Shown here one piece after another: positions 10,366-20,106 of a stretch of DNA of 64,000 nt. The number at the start of each line of letters is the position of its first letter. Within the stretch, counting starts at the first letter, position 1. Source of the stretch: Phapecoctavirus DIJ07P1; the sequence record OZ035743.1. One strand, 5' to 3'. Both the position numbers and the translations under genes were made by a program. The notes beneath the pieces are model-generated. The model was not told the origin of the DNA and searched no databases. It saw nothing but the letters and a program-made list of their open reading frames with translations.

Positions 10366-10440
10366 TTTTACTTCTCCTCTTGTTTGGTTGATGAGACAAG
10401 TATAAGTCCCTTCCGCAAAGTTGTCAACAGGTATTTTTAA

Positions 10441-10459
10441 TAAAAGGGCCGAAGCCCTT
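10441..10459 (-). terminator. Terminator after primase-helicase
   Basis: gggcttcggccc hairpin followed by TTTTATT on minus strand. Confidence 0.6.
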
Positions 10460-12236
10460 AATAGTTGCTATCCGTAGGCAAATTAGCAGGATTGTTGAAA
10501 TACTGCTCTTTGTCATGCAGAGTTGCAGTTCTAATATCATAGTAAAACTGCCCTGCTGGACCAGTCTCTGAGAACTCACGGTTTTTTAGGATAAAGCAAT
10601 GAGTCGTATTTCGTTCTACAGGGTCTTCAGCGGCTTTATCTCGTTCCAAAGCCAAGGTAATACCAGCACCTTTAGCCAAGAAACTACTACCCATTGCATC
10701 GTCCTCTGTTAAGTGTTCATTGCCACCATTAGCCGATTTCTTAACGTGTGAGATGACGATAATAGTTATAGCATACTCTTTCATGATGCGCTTCAACCAT
10801 GTTGCTAACTCTTCCTGGGCTTGAACATCCATACCAGAAAGCAAATCAGAATAAGGGTCGATAACAAGAATTGTTACTCCAAAATAGATGATCATCTCCA
10901 AAACTTTTTCTTTGATAGACTCCACATCTGCTCCACGATCATCACACACATAAAAACGTGGTGATCCATCTTCTCTTTCGTAAAAATCTAGAATTTTTTC
11001 TTTATTCTCTTCCAGGATTTGAAATTTCTCTTCCGGTGTTTTCCTATGTAGAGGAATGTGCAGGAAAGAGGACAACAGGTTACGAGAATATTTCTTATAG
11101 GTTGCTTCCAATGACAGAATACCGAGGGTATGTTCTGGGTGTGCAACGATAATATGTTTGGTGATCTCGTTCACCATCAAAGTTTTACCGATACTGGTCT
11201 TTGCCAGGATAACTGTAATCTCTTCCTCTACTAAACCACCACCCAGCATATTTGCAGCAACACGCATAAAAGGAGGCAAGGTAATCATCTTGGATTCCAA
11301 GCATTCTAATGCAGCTTCATACAAGACATTAGAAGCATAAACACCTGCTGGGGTGTATAGACGAGCACTCCAAAAAGCTTTTACGAAATCTTTTGCACGA
11401 CCTTCTTCCAGATACTGATTGGCATCCTTAAGATCCATCTGCATACGGTAGACTTTGTTACGAGGCAGCACCTTAACAATATTTTCAAATGCCTCATTAC
11501 CCGCTTTGTCATTATCCATGCAAACAATAATCTTCTTAAATTTTTCAAAGAAAGGATATTGTGCCTGAACTTGTTTATACATACTGGTTTCACCAGTTGT
11601 GCCACTAACTACTGCTGGAAGTTCATATTTGTTGTCCAAGTTTTCAGACAGCATCTGATAAGCTGCCAGAGCATCGTGTTCACCACCTGTAATTACAACA
11701 GTATGAGAACGGTCTGCAAAACGAATTTGTCCAAAAAGATCTACATCTTTACCTACTTGACCAATAGGTTTACTGAAATCTTTAGGATGAATACGACGCT
11801 TAAAACCAACCAATTCTTTACCGATAGTAGTCGGATATAAACAACTTTCTACTACCATCTGATCCCCTTCCTGACGGTATTCATAACGAACACCATAGAA
11901 AGATGAAACTTTTTCTTTAATACCTCGATAACCACGTGGGTTGGTTGATGTTTCTTGAACAATTTTACGATGAATCTGTTTATTAAATTCCGAACCCACA
12001 ATCTCCTCCTCTTCTTCTAAAACTTCACCATTTTCTCGTAACCATTCTACGCTAGGAATAGTGTATTCACACGCAAAGCACTTAGCACCTTTATGCTCTC
12101 CATTAGAATCTAATCCATAAACCATCAGGTTATTACGAGAGCGATCCTTGCCATTTTTCATGCAGCGCGGACAACCTGTATGCCCTTCCTTGCTAAGATC
12201 AACATCAAATCCATATTTAGTTATAATGTGCGACAC
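10458..12236 (-). CDS. Primase-helicase (T7 gp4-like: zinc ribbon, TOPRIM, DnaB-like helicase)
   Basis: 592 aa; N-terminal CPRC...CFAC zinc ribbon; central VVITGGEHDALAAYQ; C-terminal Walker A AKTSIGKT. Confidence 0.85.
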   Translation of the reverse strand: MSHIITKYGFDVDLSKEGHTGCPRCMKNGKDRSRNNLMVYGLDSNGEHKGAKCFACEYTIPSVEWLRENGEVLEEEEEIVGSEFNKQIHRKIVQETSTNPRGYRGIKEKVSSFYGVRYEYRQEGDQMVVESCLYPTTIGKELVGFKRRIHPKDFSKPIGQVGKDVDLFGQIRFADRSHTVVITGGEHDALAAYQMLSENLDNKYELPAVVSGTTGETSMYKQVQAQYPFFEKFKKIIVCMDNDKAGNEAFENIVKVLPRNKVYRMQMDLKDANQYLEEGRAKDFVKAFWSARLYTPAGVYASNVLYEAALECLESKMITLPPFMRVAANMLGGGLVEEEITVILAKTSIGKTLMVNEITKHIIVAHPEHTLGILSLEATYKKYSRNLLSSFLHIPLHRKTPEEKFQILEENKEKILDFYEREDGSPRFYVCDDRGADVESIKEKVLEMIIYFGVTILVIDPYSDLLSGMDVQAQEELATWLKRIMKEYAITIIVISHVKKSANGGNEHLTEDDAMGSSFLAKGAGITLALERDKAAEDPVERNTTHCFILKNREFSETGPAGQFYYDIRTATLHDKEQYFNNPANLPTDSNY

Positions 12237-12248
12237 TTTGTTCTCCTG

Positions 12249-12527
12249 TTAAAATGGTTCGTTAGTCTCCATCATATATTCTGCTTCTAGTTCTTCCATA
12301 TGCTTTCTAAATTGGAAAGCAATTTCTGCTACAGTTACATTTAAATCTTTTTCAAAAACTTCTGTAGAGCCTTCATAAAAACGAATACCGTCAATTAAAA
12401 GCCCTCCGTGGTAATCCCAATCACTTTCACGAGAAAGCGGGTTAGGCTCTTCATAATAGTAATCCACCTCCACAACTAAGGCTTTCCCGTTACGAGTGGT
12501 GTATTCAAAATCAAAAGTGTTAATCAT
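12249..12527 (-). CDS. Hypothetical protein
   Basis: 92-aa ORF. Confidence 0.55.
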   Translation of the reverse strand: MINTFDFEYTTRNGKALVVEVDYYYEEPNPLSRESDWDYHGGLLIDGIRFYEGSTEVFEKDLNVTVAEIAFQFRKHMEELEAEYMMETNEPF

Positions 12528-13471
12528 TATAGCTCCTCAAATAAAAGTCTACGACGCTCATTCAACACATCAATGTGATAATGAGTCCTGACATACTTAG
12601 CTAATGCTAATCCTTTCTCCATGCAAACATTAGGAGCACTTAATAAGTATTCCGTAATATCTTTCCACTCGGAAGGTGTTTCAGCAAAGAATAACAAATC
12701 TTTAAACTCTTGTGTATGATAATTCTCACGAGGAGAACAGATCAAAGGTAAACCCTTAGCACCTGCCTCAAGAATTTTAAGATTGCTTTTTGCATTATTA
12801 AACACGTTATCAATCAATGGCGCAAGACTGATTTGATGACCATCGTAAGATTCCATGTAGTTGGCATATGGTCTTACACCTTCATAAACACAAGTTGGTG
12901 CGACATTTTCTCTGATTACAGACCATTCACGACTACTTAAAACTTCAGAATCCCTACGAAAACCACATATTGTAAGATCTTTACCAAAATCAGGCAAGAT
13001 AGCCAAATCTTGTTTATGTGTTTCACTTCCAGCCCAGACTAATGGAGTTTTGGAGTAGCGATCACGGGTCAACACAAATTGACCTTCATCGTAAGGAAGT
13101 CCATTAGGGATTATGTGCACATTATCATTGTATTGTGAAAGTTCAACTTGCAAGGCAGGTGTCGTAGTTGTAACAAGGTCACTGTGCTCTAAAAACCATT
13201 TTAAATGTTCACGAATACCTGATTCAAAAATACCTTCTAACATGTGTCCTTTTGGAATAACTAAAGAGTCATCCAAATCCATAACCATTTTAAAGCCTAG
13301 GTTTTTAAGGGCTAAAAAGCCCTCTTTACCTTTTGTTGGCACTCCGTTAAAAACGAAAACGTTGTGTTTAGGTTGTGAAGAGAACTGCCTTGAGTAAGGC
13401 AGCACTACCCTATGGAAATCGCAGACACTATAATTGATTCCGTTACGATTGTCAAGAATTATTTGTCCCAT
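12527..13471 (-). CDS. Glycosyltransferase, GT-B-like (paralogue 1)
   Basis: 314 aa; C-terminal KSNLKILEAGAKGLPLICS resembles GT1 motif; paralogous to next gene. Confidence 0.6.
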   Translation of the reverse strand: MGQIILDNRNGINYSVCDFHRVVLPYSRQFSSQPKHNVFVFNGVPTKGKEGFLALKNLGFKMVMDLDDSLVIPKGHMLEGIFESGIREHLKWFLEHSDLVTTTTPALQVELSQYNDNVHIIPNGLPYDEGQFVLTRDRYSKTPLVWAGSETHKQDLAILPDFGKDLTICGFRRDSEVLSSREWSVIRENVAPTCVYEGVRPYANYMESYDGHQISLAPLIDNVFNNAKSNLKILEAGAKGLPLICSPRENYHTQEFKDLLFFAETPSEWKDITEYLLSAPNVCMEKGLALAKYVRTHYHIDVLNERRRLLFEEL

Positions 13472-13478
13472 ACTTCAC

Positions 13479-14426
13479 CTACAAACTTTCAATAACCTGG
13501 CGTCGCAATTCGTTTGCATCTGCTAGATTATAGTGTGTTCGAACATGTTCCGCTAAGAACAAGCCACGATCTTCCCGATAGTTTGGATTGCGAAGAAGCT
13601 TAACAATTTCGTAATGCCATTCTGCTTTGTTCTCTGCGTAAGCAACAGCACGAGCATCTACAGGGTTAAAATAAGGTAATACCTTAGAACAAACAATCGG
13701 AATACCCTTTGCTCCAGCTTCCAGGATTTTGAGATTACTTTTACAATTATTAAAATCATTATCTACCAAAGGAGCTATAGCAATAGCATGACTTTCGTAA
13801 ACACTCATGTAATTATCTAAATCTTTTACAGCAGCTTTATATTTAGCGTTTGGTAAATTTCTGCGAATCTTAATCCACTCTTGTCCCGTGATGCTCTGTG
13901 ATGCTTCATATCCCGCAATAGTAAGAAGTTCATCATCGAAAGTATTAGAGACTAGTCGTAAGTCGGGTTCGTGACTAGCACCGCCAGCCCATACAACAGG
14001 GGTACCGGATGAACGATCATTTGACAAAGTGAATTGTCCACTATCAAAAGGAAGTGCATTTCGGATCACAACAACATTCCTATTTAAGTGACGGATCTTA
14101 TATGCCAAGTATTCCGTAGTCACAATAACCACATCAGCAAGCTTAACCATAGCCACAATAGCATGAGTGTTTGACTCGTATAAACTTGCCAAATAATGCT
14201 CTGGATTAAGTTGGTAAAAATCATCTAAGTCTACAACAATCTTAACACCTTGACGTTTCAAAGATAAAACGTATTCTGCACCTTTAGAGTGGATACGGTT
14301 AAACACAACAACATCTTTCTTAGGTTGAATATTATTGTTGTTAAATGGCATAACAATACGATGATAGTCACAACCGCTGTGAGGTTTTGCATCAATTTTT
14401 AGTTTAGACCATTTTTTATTTGACAT
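13479..14426 (-). CDS. Glycosyltransferase, GT-B-like (paralogue 2)
   Basis: 315 aa; KSNLKILEAGAKGIPIVCS; shares VVDLDD / ILEAGAKG blocks with 12527..13471. Confidence 0.6.
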   Translation of the reverse strand: MSNKKWSKLKIDAKPHSGCDYHRIVMPFNNNNIQPKKDVVVFNRIHSKGAEYVLSLKRQGVKIVVDLDDFYQLNPEHYLASLYESNTHAIVAMVKLADVVIVTTEYLAYKIRHLNRNVVVIRNALPFDSGQFTLSNDRSSGTPVVWAGGASHEPDLRLVSNTFDDELLTIAGYEASQSITGQEWIKIRRNLPNAKYKAAVKDLDNYMSVYESHAIAIAPLVDNDFNNCKSNLKILEAGAKGIPIVCSKVLPYFNPVDARAVAYAENKAEWHYEIVKLLRNPNYREDRGLFLAEHVRTHYNLADANELRRQVIESL

Positions 14427-15099
14427 GTGCTAGTGCCTCCTCATAGGAAATTCGGATTTTCCCATTTTTAATATCCTCTAAAGATGCTTTATATTCTTCC
14501 CAGTTAATCCCAATAGCAGCTTCTTTCTCTTCTTTTGTCAGATTAGCAAAAGGCATAGGATTGTTTCCAAAAACATCGTCTGGGTGGATATAAGCCATGA
14601 TACGAAGTGGACAAGGTGTTGCCTGAATACCATGATTCAAACCAGCAGCTTTCAAACGGTGTCCCCATTCGGCATCTTCAAAACCATAACCGTGAGTGTA
14701 AGGGCGGAAATAACCCATCTTCTCAACAACGGCACGAGAATACATTGCAAATTGACACATTGCAAGTTCCCAGAGAATAACTTCTCCTTTGCTTCCAACA
14801 ACTTTATCTTTGAAGTACTCCGGCATACCAAAAAAATCCCATCCTCCAGAAACAGCTTGATCTACAAAGTATGTTTCCCATCCTTCCATGACTGGGTAGC
14901 AATCATCATCAAAAATAAACCAATAATCATAACCTTCTTCATAAAACTGGTGCATAAGTTCATTCCTGGCGTAAGCTACACCTTTACGATCTGGATCGTT
15001 GAATACTCGAAAATCTGCATGTGGATCTGTTACAAGATAGTCTTTAAGTGGACGGACACCTACAGTGATAACACCCACTCCGATTTTAATATTTTCCAT
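14416..15099 (-). CDS. Glycosyltransferase, GT-A fold (DxD)
   Basis: 227 aa; FIFDDDCYP DxD motif and YGFEDAEWG block. Confidence 0.6.
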   Translation of the reverse strand: MENIKIGVGVITVGVRPLKDYLVTDPHADFRVFNDPDRKGVAYARNELMHQFYEEGYDYWFIFDDDCYPVMEGWETYFVDQAVSGGWDFFGMPEYFKDKVVGSKGEVILWELAMCQFAMYSRAVVEKMGYFRPYTHGYGFEDAEWGHRLKAAGLNHGIQATPCPLRIMAYIHPDDVFGNNPMPFANLTKEEKEAAIGINWEEYKASLEDIKNGKIRISYEEALAHVK

Positions 15100-15107
15100 T
15101 TTCTCTC

Positions 15108-15671
15108 CTAGATAGTTTTACTGTGATCGTGACAGTGTAATAAATGATGTATAGACCGTTGAGGATTTGTTTGACCTAATCTGTAAATGTGAAACAGATA
15201 CATTCCCCGCATCAATCCTAACCTCTTTCCTTTTTCATGTAAAGTGCGAGAGAAAATTAGGTCGAATTGGATAGATTTTTCTTCGAAAGGAATTTCATTC
15301 CACAATGATTTTCTAAAAAGCAAAAAGAAACCTGCCAGAGGTGTTCCGAAAGGAACTTCTTCAACACTCACTTTATGATATTCTCTTGCAATCTTAGCAT
15401 ATTCTATATGGTTTAGAATATCTGGATCATCGTTAATTTGGTTAGAGAAAAGCTGATAACCACTACCTAACCTGTTACAAGTTGCACCTATTACATCAAA
15501 AGGCGGGTTTGACATAACAAGCTCTTCAAGCATAGATGGTTGATCAGGCAGGAGGAACATTGTATCGGTATCTCTTAAGCACACCCAACTATCATCTGGA
15601 AGAACGGCAATAGCTTCATTGATAGCCTTGCCGATATTTCCTGTCAGATAGGGAGTAATATAATAAATCAT
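15108..15671 (-). CDS. Putative GT-A-like glycosyltransferase
   Basis: 187 aa; VCLRDTDTMF DxD-like motif. Confidence 0.45.
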   Translation of the reverse strand: MIYYITPYLTGNIGKAINEAIAVLPDDSWVCLRDTDTMFLLPDQPSMLEELVMSNPPFDVIGATCNRLGSGYQLFSNQINDDPDILNHIEYAKIAREYHKVSVEEVPFGTPLAGFFLLFRKSLWNEIPFEEKSIQFDLIFSRTLHEKGKRLGLMRGMYLFHIYRLGQTNPQRSIHHLLHCHDHSKTI

Positions 15672-15687
15672 TCTCCCCTCCGTTATA

Positions 15688-15879
15688 TTAACTGTCAGCT
15701 ACAATCCCACGTTTAATCATTTCTTGTTGGATTTGGATGACACGATCTCGTGCTTCCATATATTCTTTAAAAGATTCTTGGAGATGGTCACGAGCTACAT
15801 CCCGTAGTTTAATCAGCTTGTCGTTTGTCACTTCTTGAAGAGAGATCTCGCCAGTTTCATTGGTCCCAAGCGTTTTCAT
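15688..15879 (-). CDS. Hypothetical protein
   Basis: 63-aa ORF. Confidence 0.5.
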   Translation of the reverse strand: MKTLGTNETGEISLQEVTNDKLIKLRDVARDHLQESFKEYMEARDRVIQIQQEMIKRGIVADS

Positions 15880-16087
15880 TTACAACCTCCTTAATAGCTA
15901 CTGCACAGTTCTTACAAATACATTGACCTTTGTTCTTAGAAATTTCAATGTAAGGTTCATTTTCGTTTTCTCCGCGTCGTGAATCGTATATTACAGTATT
16001 GAAGCAGACAACGCAAATGTTTTTAATAACGACATATTTTTGCACTTTTTGTTTAGTGCGAAAATTGACTTCAATAACTTCTCCCAT
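15857..16087 (-). CDS. Small zinc-ribbon protein
   Basis: CVVC...CICKNC Cys pairs; start moved to internal Met (MGEVIEV) to avoid long overlap. Confidence 0.5.
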   Translation of the reverse strand: MGEVIEVNFRTKQKVQKYVVIKNICVVCFNTVIYDSRRGENENEPYIEISKNKGQCICKNCAVAIKEVVNENAWDQ

Positions 16088-16371
16088 CAGTGAATCTCCC
16101 CTAAAATGTTGTTTTGAGACATTACTGCGGAGCATTCTACAGCATCATGAGTCCTTGCAAAACGCTCCCACAACACAACATCTACTTTAAGAACCATACA
16201 AGGATAAATACTGTCGTTGATCATATCAATACTGTATTTATCTACATCCTTTTCATCTTCCATAAACAAAGTAGCGTATGCTTCCAAATGCTTACGGGTG
16301 TAGTATACGTCCTCTTCGGTAAGACCGACAACCAGGTAACTTGCTACAACAACAGTATTATCTTCTTGCAT
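16087..16371 (-). CDS. Hypothetical protein
   Basis: Start moved to internal Met (MQEDNT) preceded by GGGGAG RBS. Confidence 0.5.
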   Translation of the reverse strand: MQEDNTVVVASYLVVGLTEEDVYYTRKHLEAYATLFMEDEKDVDKYSIDMINDSIYPCMVLKVDVVLWERFARTHDAVECSAVMSQNNILGEIH

Positions 16372-16372
16372 T

Positions 16373-16894
16373 TTAACTCCCCTTTGGTAGATAGAAACCA
16401 TGCACTTTATCTCGATAAACAAGACGCATATCACGCTCCCAGTGTGTCTTTATATTCCGCTTCTTGAAGTATAGAGCACCTTTAGTAACATCTAAAACAG
16501 ACCGCAATTCAGGAAAATGTTTCTCTAAATAAAGTAAACGCTCCGCTATTGCTTTTGCTTCCTGCCACTTATCTTTCTCTGTTACGTTAAAAGTTTTCGC
16601 ATATGAGAATTGCCCTTTCTGGAACAAGACTCCTCTGACTGTGTTAGGAAAGTAGGCATCATTTCTTCTATTGATTACCACATTCCCAACGGCATTCATT
16701 CCTTTTTTACCCAGACCGCGACCTTCTGCGTAAATTGCACAAGCTAATAGAATTTTATCATTATATTGTTTTGTACATTTGTGAACTACTTTAGCGGTTT
16801 TTACGTTTGCAGCTTCGGCTTTCGCCACAACAGGTGTAAATGTAAAAGCAGTTAAGGATAGTAACGCAACTGTTACAAAGTTTTTTATCAGCAA
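16373..16894 (-). CDS. SleB-like cell-wall hydrolase with signal peptide (lysis-enzyme candidate)
   Basis: 173 aa; N-terminal hydrophobic signal ending AKA; resembles SleB/Hydrolase_2 family; own TTGCAA-17-TATACT promoter upstream. Confidence 0.65.
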   Translation of the reverse strand: MLIKNFVTVALLSLTAFTFTPVVAKAEAANVKTAKVVHKCTKQYNDKILLACAIYAEGRGLGKKGMNAVGNVVINRRNDAYFPNTVRGVLFQKGQFSYAKTFNVTEKDKWQEAKAIAERLLYLEKHFPELRSVLDVTKGALYFKKRNIKTHWERDMRLVYRDKVHGFYLPKGS

Positions 16895-16955
16895 ATTTTG
16901 CCTCCTTTTTAAGTTAACGAACTTCTAGTATAACACGATAGAGGCTTTATTGCAA

Positions 16956-16975
16956 GAGGGGGATTTCTCCCCCTC
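16956..16975. terminator. GC hairpin between TerD operon and hydrolase gene
   Basis: gagggggatttctccccctc perfect stem-loop. Confidence 0.5.
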
Positions 16976-16993
16976 AAAATCATTTGTTAATTA

Positions 16994-17596
16994 TTATGGA
17001 CATTCATACCATTCTTTTTTACCACCGAAGGCCATCACCACATCGCAAATATCCAGACCAGCTTTACCTACACCATATGCTTTCAGTTTCCATTCCCCAT
17101 CTTCACGAACCAAGGAAGCCACGTGGCAGATTGTGTTGCCAGCTACTTCAGGAGCCAGGAAGTCAAAATCCAGAATTTCCACATTGCGCTCGGAGTCGAA
17201 GATTTTAAGCATACCTTCAGAAGCATGACCAAAACGTTTCAGACCTGTATCATCATCAATGGTCAGAACAAAGGCAATCTCTTGTGCATCAGGAGAGATT
17301 TTAGCCAGAGTAATATCAATCTGCTCCATGCTGCCAGTTCCATCACGAACATCGTCACCAGCGAAGGTAGAACGTTCAGGATCAAACTTGTTAGCATAGC
17401 AAACCAGATGACGTGCAGACAGCATTTCAGGATTGCCAGCGGCATTGTGACGACAAACCAGTGCACTTACATCCAGATCCAGTTTAGAATCAGATTTCCA
17501 AGAGAATTCCAGGCGCAGTTCTTTCAGAGCCGGAGCAACTTTCTTCAGGGAAATTTTTTCGCTAGAGCCTTTTTTCAGGGAAATTTTATCAGTCAT
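16994..17596 (-). CDS. terD: TerD-domain protein
   Basis: 200 aa; N-terminal repeated ISLKKG/ISLKK and overall TerD-family character. Confidence 0.75.
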   Translation of the reverse strand: MTDKISLKKGSSEKISLKKVAPALKELRLEFSWKSDSKLDLDVSALVCRHNAAGNPEMLSARHLVCYANKFDPERSTFAGDDVRDGTGSMEQIDITLAKISPDAQEIAFVLTIDDDTGLKRFGHASEGMLKIFDSERNVEILDFDFLAPEVAGNTICHVASLVREDGEWKLKAYGVGKAGLDICDVVMAFGGKKEWYECP

Positions 17597-17611
17597 CTTT
17601 TGTCTCCTCTA

Positions 17612-17881
17612 TTATTTAAGTGTAATACCAGTTACAGTCAATTCTACTTCCAAAAGCTTAGATGTGTTTTGGATTGATACTAATTGTGCATGATGGTTTA
17701 GTTCTACAGCAGAATAATCGTTTTCCCCATCATCTACTTTTAAATAAACAATGACTTCACTAAGGTCTAAACCATTTTCGTCAAATGCATTTTCATAGAC
17801 GAAAGTATCTCCTACATCCAAATCCTTAATGGTAAGGCATCGTTTATTTATTTTTTGCTCATCAATTTCGAAGTTTAACAC
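17612..17881 (-). CDS. Small protein, paralogue A (immediately upstream of terD)
   Basis: 89 aa; shares FxI..E / DLG..F.Y / EVxLxVTxITLK blocks with 18903..19181. Confidence 0.6.
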   Translation of the reverse strand: MLNFEIDEQKINKRCLTIKDLDVGDTFVYENAFDENGLDLSEVIVYLKVDDGENDYSAVELNHHAQLVSIQNTSKLLEVELTVTGITLK

Positions 17882-18110
17882 TTCTTCCTCCTAATGTTAT
17901 CTCCGGTTTGTATATACGAAGAATTATAGCATTTTCATTTTCTTTGTCAACCCATTCTTCATAATCAGGCCATACATGAATCTCTACTCTACTTACAATA
18001 TCTTCCATTCGCACAGTCCCAATGAAATACTCTTTGAGACTGCGCATAATGAAAGCTTCTCTCTCGCGCCAATAATTTTCTATGACTTGAGAGGCAAGCT
18101 CGTCGATCAT
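17862..18110 (-). CDS. Hypothetical protein
   Basis: 82-aa ORF. Confidence 0.5.
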   Translation of the reverse strand: MIDELASQVIENYWREREAFIMRSLKEYFIGTVRMEDIVSRVEIHVWPDYEEWVDKENENAIILRIYKPEITLGGRSVKLRN

Positions 18111-18901
18111 TTTTTAGCACCTACTTTAACAACCCACTCTCCGAACTCTTCAGATAAGAGTTTGTCATAAAGCTCTGAATCTGTCAAGTCTAAATCTTTA
18201 ATGCCAATAAAACCAACATTATCATAAGCATTTGCCAGTTCTTTCAGGAAGCCAAACTTCTCATTACCAACGCCAACCATGAACCAATAAATAGGTTTAT
18301 TCTTATTCTCTTCAATAAGACGACGAACAGCACTAGGATCACCATTCTCACCATCCGTCTGGAAGAATACAACACCAGGGGTAACGTCAGCACCTGGTTC
18401 AGACACAGCTACAACCTTTTCACGCTCTACAGATACTGTTTCAGTTTTACCAAGCAGACGATTAAAGAAGCCTTTCTTTGGAGCCTCCTCTTGTACCACT
18501 TGTTTAGTGGTAATATATTTGGTAACAGTGCCAAAATACTCATCGTAGATATCTGCCATTACAGGGGCGTAATTTGTTCCACCTCCGATACGAACATTGC
18601 GCATACATTTACCAACATAGTCATCGTAAACGTCTGCTGTTGCTGGAGTAAGCTCTTGGGAACTCGTATTGAAGGCCCACATATCAATTTGTTGATTATC
18701 GTCGAACAGCATACCAAAAGGAAGCAGTTTACCTACAAAATCACTCACTACCCCACTAGAATATAGACCATGCATACTACCAGAAATATCTAGAGCACAT
18801 GCTACACGAAGAACAATCTTACCTTCATTCAGGTTCTTATTCTTTTTCAGAGAGAAAGCAAGGTTTTCTTGACGTTTTTTCAGGCTGATTTTCTCGGACA
18901 T
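18107..18901 (-). CDS. vWA-domain protein with TerD-like N-terminus (TerY/TerF-like)
   Basis: 264 aa; N-terminal MSEKISLKK...SLKK; MIDAS motif DISGSM (DxSxS). Confidence 0.75.
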   Translation of the reverse strand: MSEKISLKKRQENLAFSLKKNKNLNEGKIVLRVACALDISGSMHGLYSSGVVSDFVGKLLPFGMLFDDNQQIDMWAFNTSSQELTPATADVYDDYVGKCMRNVRIGGGTNYAPVMADIYDEYFGTVTKYITTKQVVQEEAPKKGFFNRLLGKTETVSVEREKVVAVSEPGADVTPGVVFFQTDGENGDPSAVRRLIEENKNKPIYWFMVGVGNEKFGFLKELANAYDNVGFIGIKDLDLTDSELYDKLLSEEFGEWVVKVGAKK

Positions 18902-18902
18902 A

Positions 18903-19181
18903 TTATTTCTCCTTCTTAAGTGTAATATTGGTAACTTCTAAATCTACTTCCACCATATTTGTATCTGGCGGGATGCAATGAGTATAGCCTCGTTGTGCTA
19001 GTGATCCATTAATACAGATCGCACTGTTTGTGGAATTTTTAATGAACACCAAGTTACGGTAGGTATCCAACCCTGCGTCTTCATAGGCATCATAATACAT
19101 GAATGTGGCCCCTATGCCAAGATCTTCGAAAGCAATAGGTAAATCCTGACTTTTTTCTTCTTGAATATTGAATCTAAACAC
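18903..19181 (-). CDS. Small protein, paralogue B (immediately upstream of vWA gene)
   Basis: Paralogous to 17612..17881; start set at GTG after GGAGG RBS (ORF-track ATG at 19247 would overlap upstream gene by 74 nt). Confidence 0.55.
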   Translation of the reverse strand: MFRFNIQEEKSQDLPIAFEDLGIGATFMYYDAYEDAGLDTYRNLVFIKNSTNSAICINGSLAQRGYTHCIPPDTNMVEVDLEVTNITLKKEK

Positions 19182-19737
19182 GCATACCTCCTCTACCAAT
19201 TTTGAAGCCCAAATCGTAAGCTTCCTTAGTGATCTTTTGTAACTCACTTATAGGAAGTGTTACAAGAGGATCATCTTCTTCAATTTCCATCTTGTCATCT
19301 TCTGTTTCAATGAGAGTATTATGCACTTTGTGATAAGGGTTGTCAACACGTTTAAACTTATTCTTTTCTGTGCTGAAAAAACAATCTGGATCTTCTTCAC
19401 CATCACCCCAACCTTGGTTAGGATCTCCGTCAGATTGTTCTGTAGGGATTTCACCTGTAAAATACTCTTCCAGCACCATAGCGATACCGTCCCTTGGATT
19501 TGAGGAATGCATCAAATCACAAACCTTACTCCAATCCATAGCCCATTCGAATCGTTCGCGAACACCATTTTCATCCTCCTTTCCAGAGAAAACACAACCA
19601 TAACTATCATAGTTGCCATACATCTCTTCAATAACAACACCGTCCTTCAAAAGAAAGAGGTAGCAAGGTGATCCGTCGAAAGAAGTAGAAAGGGCAGCTT
19701 TGCCCGATTCTTTGCACAAAAAACTAAAACAACCCAT
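19174..19737 (-). CDS. Hypothetical acidic protein
   Basis: 187-aa ORF. Confidence 0.6.
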   Translation of the reverse strand: MGCFSFLCKESGKAALSTSFDGSPCYLFLLKDGVVIEEMYGNYDSYGCVFSGKEDENGVRERFEWAMDWSKVCDLMHSSNPRDGIAMVLEEYFTGEIPTEQSDGDPNQGWGDGEEDPDCFFSTEKNKFKRVDNPYHKVHNTLIETEDDKMEIEEDDPLVTLPISELQKITKEAYDLGFKIGRGGMRV

Positions 19738-19940
19738 TACAAACCCTCCTTCAGATTATCAAGAGCTACAGTGGTTTCACAAAATTCTCCATAAGCTTTA
19801 TGATGTTCCAGAAAAGCTTCGGGTCCACCCCAGTCATTATCTTGTGTATTCCAACCATCAATAAAAGCATCTTCAATGATTGTGATCAGTTCTTGTCGGG
19901 TTAACTGGATAATATTAGGATCGTTATCGTAGTTAAACAT
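19737..19940 (-). CDS. Hypothetical protein
   Basis: 67-aa ORF. Confidence 0.55.
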   Translation of the reverse strand: MFNYDNDPNIIQLTRQELITIIEDAFIDGWNTQDNDWGGPEAFLEHHKAYGEFCETTVALDNLKEGL

Positions 19941-20106
19941 CTTCTTCCTCCTCTAAAATATGAAACCCGTAATTACAATAGTCCTGAAAGGTTTCGTGCG
20001 CAAGATCTTCTATATCCTCTTGAGACATATCATCTTCAATTTCGATATCCACAACCTCATTGCATCCACACCAAGCAGTTTCAATATTCACTCGTAATAT
20101 TTTCAT
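19936..20106 (-). CDS. Hypothetical small protein (below ORF-track cutoff)
   Basis: about 56-aa ORF read manually (MKILRVNIETAWCGCNEVVD...); ATG overlaps upstream stop. Confidence 0.35.

Noticed and set aside
14584-15111. 175-aa plus-strand ORF antisense to the GT-A glycosyltransferase
   Set aside because: Lies entirely within a motif-supported minus-strand gene; no RBS; low-complexity translation.
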